From the NCBI GenBank assembly GCA_002269645.1, contig NIVC01000269.1, forward strand, positions 434,001 through 498,000: a stretch of DNA of 64,000 nucleotides. The letters run 5' to 3'. The position numbers and the translations under genes are program-made. Below the pieces are notes generated by a model. The model worked only from the letters and a program-made list of their open reading frames with translations. It searched no databases and had not been told where the DNA came from. Shown here piece by piece: positions 52,401-64,000 of the stretch; the first letter of the stretch is position 1, and every line of letters begins with the position of its first letter. Origin of the DNA: Macrostomum lignano. Taxonomy: Eukaryota.

Positions 52401-55335
52401 ATAAGACTATGGGTCCCACATGTATTAGACTTGCATGCATTTGTCAAAATGTACATTTGTTTAAATGAATTTTGTTAAAAATATACAAGTAGTTAAAATG
52501 TATATCTTAGAGTTGTATTGGCATTCTACATATGCATATATATAGTAATGCACCAAAGACTACTTAGATATTAAAAGATAGGGAAGCCCTGTTTGTTAAA
52601 AAAATTACAAGGCAGTTTTTTCTGAAAAATATGTAATGGACATAGCAAGTTTTCATTTTTTGGCACAGAAAGTTGTTATTGCTTCAGTCTAGACTCAATG
52701 AGTCAATGCTCATCTTTTGATATGTTCTGCCTTTCTTATAGGTCTATTGATATTCATAAAGCTTTTCAATAGTTAGCTAAGAATCTGAGAATCATAAAAA
52801 AGATTTCAAATTCATATTACTGCTACTTAAATGCCCTAAGATGCAACACTGGGGCTCCTATTCTATTAGGACAATGCCCTGGCCAGTGGCTCACACAGTG
52901 TAAATGTGGGAAAGCATAATAATTTAAGATAATATAACTGAAAAATTAAAAAATACATTGATTTTAGAAATAAATTGTGTAGTGTTCTTATACATATCAA
53001 GTTTCTTGCTATCAAAAGACTATTTTACAGAAATTTGTAAAATAGATTTTTTATTTTGGCTATTTTTTATTACAGATGGCTGATCCTAAAAGTAGTGTGA
53101 GAATAAATTAACCAAGTGACCTATTACTTAATTTAGACAGTGTTTGTTTTATGTGTTGACTAAAAATTACCATTTTGCTATTTTTATGGTCATAGTATCA
53201 ATAAAAACTACCTATATTTTTCATCAAAAAAAACAATCTTTTTGCCATATCATTGTCAATACCACACATGCAATTTTTAATCCCTAGTCTGTTTATTAGA
53301 TCTTGTCCCTAGTCTATTAGTGCAAACAATATGAATATGATCTGATCTCTAATTTTTAGTGACTTATGACTCATTTTTAGACTCATATTTTAGTACATAG
53401 GATGCTAGGTTTTAAATAGTGTTGTACTGCTGCAACTTCATATTTCATACCTCCATAGCCATAGCCATACCAAATTTTACCATGCCATCTCCGTAGCCAC
53501 AATTTGTTATGCTTCAGATGGTCAAATCTGTTATCTCCATATTCCAAATTTTCTTGTGGCCAAATTATAAATTAACAAAATTAACAAAACAACCTGATTT
53601 CCAAAGGTAAAAAGCAATAAATGTGAATCCAAAGCAAAAGCAATCAAGCAAAAAGCCAAAAGTCTTTCAGATTTAGTGACTTGTTTAGTTTGGTGCAACA
53701 ATATGGATGCAATCTATACCAGATAGCCAAAATGTTTAAAATAAAAATTTAAATGAAAATAAGTAAAAAAACTTTTCTTTACAAAAAGAGAATTTTCTAT
53801 TTAATTTATATAGTTACAGGTAATTCTATATGGCGTAGGCCCTAACTATAACCACCAATTGGCAAGATCTCCCTAGTCACAATCCATAACCAATTTTTGA
53901 TTGAAAAAGTGCCACCCAGAATTTTCCTATAATTGTAGCCGTAATTATGGTAAAATACTAGTTTTAATTATCTAGGTTTATTGTAACCAATTCTGTATTG
54001 TAATGATACTCAGTAGTGTCAAGTGTAAATTTTCAATTTTTTAAGCATTTTATCATCGTGAGTTTTTGAAAATTTAACAAACAATGTTCTCATTAAATCT
54101 AAATTCCTAATCTAGCGAGAGTACAACAATGCACTGCGGTATGCAGACCAACAGACTGGTCGGAATGTGCAGCCCATCGATCCACCTGGGGGTGTCAGTC
54201 ACAAGCTGAGCTCCAACTACTACTGCACCAGAGATGGGAGGCGATTCAGCCAGCCACCAGAGATTGTGTTTGCTAATTCGGGCTCTGCTATTAAACAGCT
54301 CACCGCTGCCACTGATGGCTCTGGCAGTCTGCCACAACAAGTGAGATTTAAATTGATATTTAATAATCTGATCACCTCTAATACTCATGCCGTGTGTCCT
54401 CTCTGTCTCTCCCTGTGTCCTCTCCCTCACATACCTGTTCGTATCACTCTGTCTCCCTCTCGCCCCTCTCCCTCTCACCTCATATCCCTCTCACCCCATC
54501 TGCCTCACCCCCATCTCCATCTCACCCCATATCCATCCCATCCTATCTCCCTCTCACCCATCTCCTTCTCACCCCCATCTCCATCTCACCCCATATCCAT
54601 CTCACCCTATCTCCCTCTCACCCATCTCCTTCTCACCCCATCTCCCTCTCATCCCAAATCCCTCTCACCCCATCTCCCTCTCACCCCAAATCCCTCTCAC
54701 CCCAAATCCCTCTCACCCCATCTCCCTCTCACCCCATCTCCCTCTCACCCCGTCTCCCTCTCACCCCATCTCCCTCTCACCCCAGCTCCCTCTCACCCGA
54801 TCTCCCTCTCACCCCATCTCCCTCTCACTCCATCTCCCTCTCACCCCGTCTCCCTCTCACCCCATCTCCCTCTCACCCCATCTCCCTCTCACCCCATCTC
54901 CCTCTCACTCCATCTCCCTCTCACCCCATCTCCCTCTCACCCCATCTCCCTCTCACTCCATCTCCCTCTCACCCCATCTCCCTCTCACCCCATATCCCTC
55001 TCACCCCATCTCCCTCTCACCCCATATCCCTCTTACGCCATCTCCCTCTCACCCCATATCCCTCTCACCGCATCTGCCTCTCACTCCATCTCCCTCTCAT
55101 CCCATCTTCCTTTGTCCCCATTTCACTCCATTCTCTGTCCCAGCGCTCGTTGTCATTTTAAAGTACAAGATGTACTTACTAATTTTGAAATTCCTAAATA
55201 CTTGAAAATGCCATCCTGCGCACATTCCAACCCTGCCAGGGTCTGCCGCCAGCCCCAGGCCGTCAGTTCAACTGGGACCACAAGGCCGAGCCAATTGAGA
55301 ATTACTGGGGACGTCATAGGAAATTTGTTAATTAA
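49480..55335 (+). CDS. NDUFA7: NADH:ubiquinone oxidoreductase subunit A7 (B14.5a), 3 exons, 129 aa
   Basis: Exons 49480-49548 (MASSQAKDRLTPLMRKLRDFIYQ), 54116-54340 (..PPGGVSHKLSSNYYCTRDGRRFSQPP.., matching the family motif P.GPSHKLSNNYYCTRDGRRE..PP) and 55240-55335 (LPPAPGRQFNW). All junctions are phase-0 GT-AG. Confidence 0.92.
49735..50753 (-). mobile_element. Merlin (IS1016/ISXO2-like) DNA transposon, internally deleted pseudo-copy in NDUFA7 intron 1
   Basis: TIR ggctatcctgcatttt / aaaatgcaggatagcc; 8-bp TSD AAAAAAAC. Transposase remnant with Zn-ribbon, SIRKGSFFE, WVLGMVER, ILPGSRVITDGWQSY, VNH..NFVDP, HTNTIEGSW and HLQEFLWH. Two in-frame stops. Confidence 0.9.
54440..55125. repeat. 16-bp pyrimidine-rich minisatellite in NDUFA7 intron 2
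   Basis: Unit tctccctctcacccca. Confidence 0.93.
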
Positions 55336-55881
55336 GTTCACATTATTTTCTCTGAATGATAACAAACATTGATACTGAGTGGACATTAACGTAGGTAGTT
55401 GAAGGTTCAGTAGTCCTGACTAATATTAGTAAATAGTTGTGCGTATTTAGAAGCTTAAGTATAATAATATAATAGGATAATCTATATATAATATTTGCCA
55501 TATTCGCTATTGAAGCCAACACGTAATTTTTAATTTGATGCAGACGAAAAAATATAAAGCACCCTCACCTTATATTAAAATCGTTGCAAGTTGGTTTTCA
55601 ATAAATATAAAGATGTACCATGTTTGTTTTTATAGTTGTTTGGCTATTTGAAAGTAGTATGTTACCAGTAATCAATGGGCAAATTTTACTGTGTTTGTTT
55701 TTTAGTTTCTATACAATACTATGCTTACTATACTACTGGCCAAAAGTTATGTTAGTAGTATGGAACCTCAGTGTAGTGCAATTCATTTTGTTCATTTGTG
55801 TACATTTTTTGTTGAACTAGAGTTTTAATAAAAGGTGCTAGAATCGGTGTCATAGATGGGCTATAGTAAATAAGGGTTGTT

Positions 55882-56514
55882 ATAGAATGCGCCAAAGTAA
55901 ATTAGTGAGTCATAAAATGCGCAAAGTTGAGTTAGTGCGTCATAGCGTGTGCCAATTTAAATTAGTGACTCATAGAATGCGCCAAATTGAGTTATTGGAT
56001 CATAGAATGCGCCAATTTGAATTAGTGAGTCATAGAATGCGTCAAGTTAAATTAGTGAGTCATAGAATGCGCCAAGTTGAATTAGTGAGTCATAGAATGC
56101 GCAAAGTTGAGTTAGTGCGTCATAGCGTGTGCCAATTTAAATTAGTGACTCATAGAATGCGCCAAGTTGAGTTAGTGGATCATAGAATGCGCCAAGTTGA
56201 TTTAGTGAGTCATAGAATGCGTCAAGTTGATTTAGTGAGTCATAGAATGCGTCGATTTGATTTAGTGAGTCATAGAATGCGTCAAGTTGAGTTAGTGGAT
56301 CATAGAATGCGCCAAGTTGATTTAGTGAGTCATAGAATGCGTCGATTTGATTTAGTGAGTCATAGAATGCGTCAAGTTGATTTAGTGAGTCATAGAATGC
56401 GCCAAGTTGAATTAGTGAGTCATAGAATGCGCCAATTTGAATTAGTGAGTCATAGAATGCGTCAAGTTGATTTAGTGAGTCATAGAATGCGCCAAGTTGA
56501 GTTAGTGAGTCATT
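55882..56514. repeat. 30-bp minisatellite, about 21 copies
   Basis: Unit catagaatgcgccaagttgaattagtgagt. Confidence 0.95.
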
Positions 56515-57310
56515 GATGTCGATATAATTTGCTGTCGATATACATATACTGCAAGTTGTGTTTTCATTTACGCTTGTTTCTGACAGCTGCTGTGAGGAGT
56601 CGTGCTTAGGGTAAGTAAGAGTATTTACAGCCATTACAGGTAAATCAATAAGCTACTGCACGAAAATGCAGATTGTTTTACTTGAAGAAGCCTACAAGGC
56701 TACAATGCAGTTTGTATTGTTTTAACTTTTTGTTTTGTGTGTGTTTCTCTCTCCCAACACTTTTTAAGGAGAGTGCTTTTGTCTTGCTTGCTTCCAGCAA
56801 TCCTAGAAAAAAACTACATTTGTATAATGGCGTCAAGTGCGGCCTGCAGTAGGGACGGCAGTCATGGAAGACAAAATTTGCTAGCTAAACTAGCTGCATA
56901 TACTATATAGATCGATCCCAGCTTCAGCTAATCCCCCACTCTAATTCTAGTGTCTGTGCGTACAGTGGGGGATCTTTGAAGGCTTAGTAAAGGGCCGGGA
57001 GAGACGAGGCTGCTGCCAACAATATACTCAATTTCAAATAAGGGTCCTGGAGTACTAACAGACATAGTATCTGGGTAAGGGGATTTTCTATCGCCAGAAT
57101 GCTATAGCCATACAGACTGAAACTTCCCCAAACCATCTCTAATTTGTCTTCCCTCGCGACGCCCAATGAAATCTAGCTACTGTGCCTATGGCTAAGTGAA
57201 TGAATTACTAATGAGCTAATCTATATCGTCAGTGCAGATGGCTAGTATATAGATGACTATTTTAAAAGTTTTGTTACTGTTTGTGAATTGTTTTGTTTCG
57301 ACCGCTCGCG

Positions 57311-60300
57311 ATGCAATTTGGTAAGAAGAGCACACGAGAACTGCAGGCGGAACGGTCGAATCGGTTGGAGGATCGCCGGTTGCAGTATCGGTTGAAGAAT
57401 TTGGACCGCGAGTTGGGTCACGCGAGTTATTCGATCTACTCAGAGCAGAGGAGCGTAGTTGACTGTCTGGAGACCCTCCGCAAGAGCAGTGGCCACAGCT
57501 GCGAAGCTGTCAAACCTCTGCCGAACGATCCGGCGCTTCGAGGCCGATGTCGGAGTGCCGGCGCTGTGTTGGCTTGCAGCGGCGCCTGGCGCGTTCAGGA
57601 GGCGATGCTGGAACGACAGATGAGGCTGCTGACGTCGGCCGGTAGAGTTGGCGGTCGGCGACCGGCGGTGACAGAAACGGAGGCGACGGTAGATTTTGAT
57701 GAGTCGTCAAGGTGAGCTCCGGGAAGTCAGATACCGGAAGCTGTCAGATACCGGAAGCTGTCAGATACCGGAAGCTGTCAGATACCAAAGCTGTCAGATA
57801 CCGGAAGCTGTCAGATACCAAAGCTGTCAGATACCGGAAGCTGTCAGATACCAAAGCTGTCAGATACCAAAAGCTGTCAAATACCAAAAGCTGTCAAATA
57901 CCAAAATCAGTCAGATACCAAAAGCTGTCAGATAGCAAAAGCTGTCAGTACCAAAAGCTGTCAGATACCAAAAGCTGTGAGATACCAAAATCAGTCAGAT
58001 AGCAAAAGCTGTCAGTACCAAAAGCTGTCACATACCAAAATCAGTCACATACCAAAAGCTGTCAGATACCAAAAGCTGTCAGATATCAAAAGCTGTCAGA
58101 TACCAAAAGCTGTCAGATACCAAAAGCTGTCACATACCAAAATCAGTCAGATACCAAAAGCTGTCAGATACCAAAAGCTGTCACATACCAAAATCTTTCA
58201 GATACCAAAAGCTGTCAGATACCAAAAGCTGTCAGATATCAAAAGCTGTCAGATACCAAAAGCTGTCAGATACCAAAAGCTGTCAAATCAAAAGCTGTCA
58301 GATACCAAAATCTGTCAGATACCAAAAGCTGTCAGATACCAAAAGCTGTCAGTACCAAAAGCTGTCAGATACCAAAAGCTGTCAGATACCAAAACCAGTC
58401 AGATACCAAAAGCTGTCAGATACCAAAAGCTGTCAGATACCAAATTTCGTTAGATACCGGAAGCTGTCAGATACCAAAATCTTTCAGATACCAAAAGCTG
58501 TCAGATACCAAAAGCTGTCAGATACCAAAAGCTGTCAGATACCAAAAGCTGTCACATACCAAAAGCTGTCAGATATCAAAAGCTGTCAGATACCAAAAGC
58601 TGTCACATACCAAAATCTTTCAGATATCAAAAGCTGTCAGATACCAAAAGCTGTCAGATACCAAAAGCTGTCAGATATAAAAAGCTGTCAGATACCAAAT
58701 TTCGTTAGATACCGGAAGCTGTCAGATACCAAAATCTTTCAGATATCAAAAGCTGTCAGATACCAAAAGCTGTCAGATACCAAAAGCTGTCAGAAATCAA
58801 AAGCTGTCAGATACCAAAAGCTGTCAGATACCAAAAGCTGTCAGATACCAAAAGCTGTCAGATACCGGAAGCTGTCAGATACCAAAATCTTTCAGATACC
58901 AAAAGCTGTCAGATACCAAAAGCTGTCAGAAATCAAAAGCTGTCAGATACCAAAAGCTGTCAGATACCAAAAGCTGTCACATACCAAAATCTTTCAGATA
59001 CCAAAAGCTGTCAGATACCAAAAGCTGTCAGATACCAAAAGCTGTCAGATACCAAAAGCTGTCACATACCAAAATCTTTCAGATACCAAAAGCTGTCACA
59101 TACCAAAAGCTGTCAGATACCAAAAGCTGTCAGATACCAAAAGCTGTCACATACCAAAATCTTTCAGATACCAAAAGCTGTCAGATACCAAAAGCTGTCA
59201 GATACCAAAAGCTGTCAGATACCAAAAGCTGTCACATACCAAAATCTTTCAGATACCAAAAGCTGTCACATACCAAAAGCTGTCAGATACCAAAAGCTGT
59301 CAGATACCAAAAGCTGTCACATACCAAAATCTTTCAGATACCAAAAGCTGTCAGATACCAAAAGCTGTCAGATACCAAAAGCTGTCAGATACCAAAAGCT
59401 GTCACATACCAAAATCTTTCAGATACCAAAAGCTGTCAGATACCAAAAGCTGTCAGATACCAAAAGCTGTCAGATACCAAAAGCTGTCACATACCAAAAT
59501 CTTTCAGATACCAAAAGCTGTCACATACCAAAAGCTGTCAGATACCAAAAGCTGTCAGATACCAAAAGCTGTCACATACCAAAATCTTTCAGATACCAAA
59601 AGCTGTCACATACCAAAAGCTGTCAGATACCAAAAGCTGTCAGATACCAAAAGCTGTCAGATACCAAAAGCTGTCACATACCAAAATCTTTCAGATACCA
59701 AAAGCTGTCAGATATAAAAAGCTGTCAGATACCAAATTTCGTTAGATACCGGAAGCTGTCAGATACCAAAATCTTTCAGATACCAAAAGCTGTCAGATAC
59801 CGGAAGCTGTCAGATACCAAAAGCTGTCAGATACCAAAAGCTGTCAGATACCAAAAGCTGTCAGATACCAAAAGCTGTCAGATACCAAAAGCTGTCAGAT
59901 ACCAAAAGCTGTCAGATACCAAAAGCTGTCAGATACCAAAAGCTGTCAGATACCAAAAGCTGTCAGATACCAAAAGCTGTCAGATACCAAAAGCTGTCAG
60001 ATATAAAAAGCTGTCAGATACCAAATTTCGTTAGATACCGGAAGCTGTCAGATACCAAAATCTTTCAGATACCAAAAGCTGTCAGATACCAAAAGCTGTC
60101 AGATACCGGAAGCTGTCAGATACCAAAATCTTTCAGATACCAAAATCTTTCAGATACCAAAAGCTGTCAGATACCAAAAGCTGTCAGATACCACAAGCTT
60201 ACGAGTACCCCCTTCCCAATTTCATGGAATCTCTGCACAGGTGCACCACCGCACTGCCAGACCAGCCTCGCCAAGTCCAGTCGCCGATAGTGCAGTTACT

Positions 60301-60715
60301 CGAAGACCTGGGCTACTTCGCTTACATTGACACCGATGCCGCAGTCCGAGGCGGTCGTCGATGCGTCGTTCAACGTCAACCGCTGATGGTTGGTCACGTG
60401 GACGAAGATCCGAACGCTGCAAAGTGCACTGCAAGAAAGACCTACCGTTTGCCTCAGTGGAAACGGCAGCTTTTAGAAGAGGCCCCGGCGCCGCCTCCGG
60501 CCCGGCTGTCGACCAGATCAGCTGGCGGGATGTCGCGTCAGAGTCTGCAGCGTAGGCTGACCGATCTGCTGCCAGCCGCAACTAGTGCCGGAGGTGCGGG
60601 GTTCGAGTCGCGTAGAAGAGAGAGTCGCATAGCGCAACGTTTAGACATGGAGTCAAAGCAGCGAATGAGGCGGGAGCTGATGCCGCCGCTGATGAAGTTG
60701 GAGGAGGCTGACTAA
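57311..60715 (+). CDS. Uncharacterised protein with an N-terminal coiled coil, 2 exons, about 291 aa
   Basis: Exons 57311-57711 and 60241-60715 join in phase 2 (AG|gtgag ... cacag|G). Both are GC-rich ORF islands flanking a repeat-filled intron. The N-terminus AERSNRLEDRRLQYRLKNL..EQR is helical. Confidence 0.7.
57722..60195. repeat. 17-bp minisatellite of about 2.5 kb forming an entire intron
   Basis: Unit gctgtcagataccaaaa, with diagnostic variants. Confidence 0.98.
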
Positions 60716-60789
60716 TGATACTGATGATGAATGAACTTTAAATAGGTCTTGAAATTATGCCCAATGACTCGTGTATGAGTAGGCGATGA

Positions 60790-62070
60790 TCAGTGTCTCT
60801 GAACGAATCAGAGATCTGTGTCTATATGACCTAAATCGGGAATCAGTGTCTATGACCGAATCGGGGATCAGTGTCTATGACCGGATCGGGGATCAGTGTC
60901 TATGACCCCATTGGGGATCAGTGTCTATGACCGGATCGGGGATCAGTGTCTATGACCCAATTGGGGATCAGTGTCTATGACCGGATTGGGGATCAGTGTC
61001 CATGATCGGATCGGGGATCAGCTAGTGTCTATCACCGGATCGGGGATCAGTGTCTATGACCGGATCGGGGATCAGTGTCTATGACCGGATCGGGGATCAG
61101 TGTATGACCGGATCGGGGATCAGTGTCTATGACCGAATCGGAGATCAGCGTCCATGACCTAAGTCGGGGATCAGTGTCTATGACCTAATTGGGGATCAGT
61201 GTCTATGACTGGATCGGGGAACAGTGTCTAAGACCCAATTGGGGATGGGATCAGTGTCTGCATGACCGTATCAGGATCAGTGTCTATGACCGAATCGGGG
61301 ATCAGTGTCTATGCATGACCGTATCAGGATCAGTGTCTATGACCGAATCGGGGATCAGTGTCCATGACCTAAATCGGGAATCAGTGTCTATGACCGAATC
61401 TGAGATCAGTGTCTATGACCGTATTGAGGATCAGAGTCTATGACCGTATTGAGGATCAGTGTCTATGACCGTATTGAGGATCAGTGTCCATGACCTAAAT
61501 CGGGAATCAGTGTGTATCACCGAATTTGGGATCAGTGTCTATAACCGAATCTGGGATCAGTGTCTATGACCGAATTTGGGATCAGTGTCTATCCCCGAAT
61601 CTGGGATCAGTGTCTATAACCGAATTTGGGATCTGCAGTGTCTATCCCCGAATTTGGGATCAGTGTCTATGACCGAATCTGGGATCAGTGTCTATGACCG
61701 AATCTGGGATCAGTGTCTATGACCGAATTTGGGATCAGTGTCTATGACCGAATCTGGGATCAGTGTCTATAACCGAATCTGGGATCAGTGTCTATGACCG
61801 AATCTGGGATCAGTGTCTATCCCCGAATTTGGGATCAGTGTCTATGACCGAATTTGGGATCAGTGTCTATGACCGAATCTGGGATCAGTGTCTATAACCG
61901 AATCTGGGATCAGTGTCTATGACCGAATCTGGGATCAGTGTCTATGACCGAATTTGGGATCAGTGTCTATGACCGAATCTGGGATCAGTGTCTATGACCG
62001 AATCTGGGATCAGTGTCTATGACCGAATTTGGGATCAGTGTCTATCCCCGAATTTGGGATCAGTGTCAAT
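60790..62070. repeat. 25-bp minisatellite, intergenic
   Basis: Unit gggatcagtgtctatgaccgaat(c/t)t. Confidence 0.95.
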
Positions 62071-62970
62071 AACAATTTTGCTTATTTACATGTATCTTAC
62101 ATGCACTGAAGAACACACTGCATGCGTACTGCTCTTGACTTTTTGACTGACACTTGAAACGCCACACTGGCAATAAATAATTTGCGTGCGTCTTTTACTG
62201 TTTTGGCAGATGACAGATGATTAAGTGTGATAATTAAAATTTATGTTGCGAACGTTTTATTTTTGTGTTGGAAATTTTTCTTAAAATAGGAATGATGACA
62301 CTGCAGGTTCTTTACTGCAGTCAGCTTTCCAAATAAGGAAGTCTTCATTGGCACAAAATGTTTATTTAAATCTTAGATATTTAGCTCGTAGAAGGATGTC
62401 GTCATTTAGAAACTAAAAATTACTCGGGAAAACTTTGGAGCCGAAGAAAAACTGATATACAGACGCAGGGAAAATTTTAAGCTTATCGAATAACTCGAAT
62501 TAAAGTGTACAAGTTTGATGCATTTTCAAAGCTGCATGTAAGCCTGTACGCTACAGCTACGCGTACAAAAATCATAGAAGTAAAGATTTTACATAAGTAG
62601 TCTATTGCAATACATTTACTTTTTAAGTGTAGTTTAAGCTTACAAATCAAAATGATAAGTTTTGTAAGGCATTATATTGATGGTAATAAAGTTAAGTACA
62701 TAAAAGGACATAACAATCAACCGACAATCGGCTTGCATTGCCATGTACCATGGCACGCAAAATTTGATTCTAAGGCAACTAATTACGCTTTTGTACGAGC
62801 TGAATTATTGAAAAATCCTTGGTAGGATGACTTAGTATGGCATTACCTAGTCGCTAGATAGTTTAGGTAAACACTTGGAGTTCCCCACGGGGGGAGTCGA
62901 GTGGCTAGTCTAAGCACTAAGTTCTGAGCCGCAACTATTAATCTGCAGCAGTACTTCCAGCCCTTGTAAT

Positions 62971-63860
62971 TCAACATTTAAACGCTCTGGAGGCGCTAAC
63001 ATTGCGTCCAGTGCCGAAGCGAGACACTGACCGGCCGACCGTGTCAGTTTCAAACTGCCTTGGCGGTCGAACAATCGGTAGCGTGCCCGTCTGCAGGTGA
63101 CGGTCGTCGCTGTACGCCAGGTGCGAATTCGGCGGCATCTCGGCGCCGTCTGGCGAACGCAACGGCTCGTAGCCGGCGTTGACACTGGCCGAGCAGAGGC
63201 AGCTGCTGCCGCTGCAGCTGCCGCGCATCTGCTGTTGCTGACGCTGATAGAACAGCATGTCGCAGTCTGCCGGGCTTAACGGCGGCGGCGGCGTCGGCTG
63301 TTGCTGATGCTGCAGCTGTTGCAACTCGTTCTGCCGAGAGGAGCTTCGATAAATTTCATTTTTAAAGTGCACGTCTACAGAATGTTGGTTGCTGTCAGAG
63401 TGGAAGGATACTGGGCGTTGGCCATTGCTAGGTGTGCTGCATGGCGGCATGGATGTGTAAAGAGCGTGAATGAATGCTAAGCGATCGAATAATTGCCTAT
63501 CAAAATACTTCCAGTATTAACAGTAATTACATGCTCTTGTAGATGCTCACCTGGTTACAGTCAATGGCTTCCTGCGACCAGTCACGCAAGCGATCGCGCT
63601 CAAGCCCGAGACCAGTAGTGCGAAGACCACTACAGCAGCGCATAGTGATACCGTCAAAACCAACGGATTGATTGCCTGTTTTTGACTGTCGCCCAGGCTG
63701 TCCGGAGTTGATCCAGCCACTGGGTGTAGGGGCTTCTCAGAGTCGGTCTTTGTTGGCTGTTTTTTCGGCTCCGTTACAGTCTTAGTTGATGCTGCGATTT
63801 TAGAATCCACTGTAGATTGAACGGGTGTCTTTGTGCTGATGTCGCATGGAGGCTGGGAAT
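62971..63860 (-). CDS. 3' exons of a single-pass membrane protein (partial; gene extends beyond the window)
   Basis: Exon 63860-63551 encodes a Ser/Thr/Pro stalk, a hydrophobic segment LVLTVSLCAAVVVFALLVSGLSAIACV and a basic stop-transfer GRRK. A phase-2 join to 63391-62971 gives a low-complexity cytoplasmic tail; the acceptor choice is inferred. Confidence 0.65.
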
Positions 63861-64000
63861 CTGTAGGAAATTAAGTTTCTTGCAGTTCATTTTAAAATAT
63901 ACAAATAATAGTTGCTGATGAACCTAGCAAGTACGAGTACAAGATTAAAGAACGTTGACGATGTTCCACTCTGAAGACTAAAAGCTACATGGGATGGTTC

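Noticed and set aside
54341-55372. 401-aa ORF as one protein
   Set aside because: Only 54116-54340 is an NDUFA7 exon; the remainder is intron minisatellite and an off-frame exon 3.

Overview
Eukaryotic (animal) nuclear DNA, not prokaryotic: spliceosomal GT-AG introns, GC-rich exons and AT-rich spacers. Most introns are filled by their own minisatellite. The style suggests a free-living flatworm such as Macrostomum; this is an inference and is not proven here. Host genes: two paralogous zinc-finger/coiled-coil/NHL-repeat proteins (one with an intronless CDS, one with 5 exons), RRM2, an Hr39/NR5B nuclear receptor, SDHC, a claudin/PMP22-like tetraspan gene with an apparent 1-nt frameshift, NDUFA7, a coiled-coil protein, and the 3' end of a single-pass membrane protein. 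Mobile DNA: two decayed Gypsy elements; a non-autonomous hAT with perfect TIR and 8-bp TSD; an intact DD39D Tc1/mariner element centred in a 75-bp inverted repeat; an EnSpm/CACTA-type element nested in an RTE LINE; and a Merlin deletion derivative. The most unusual signals are the pervasive 4-7 bp micro-duplications inside the hAT, the transposon at the exact centre of a palindrome, the intron-present/intron-absent NHL pair, and the domain-specific enrichment of TAGGCCTA versus TACATGTA. No CRISPR, rRNA or tRNA gene is supported. I found no single complete novel system that I can demonstrate from the sequence alone.
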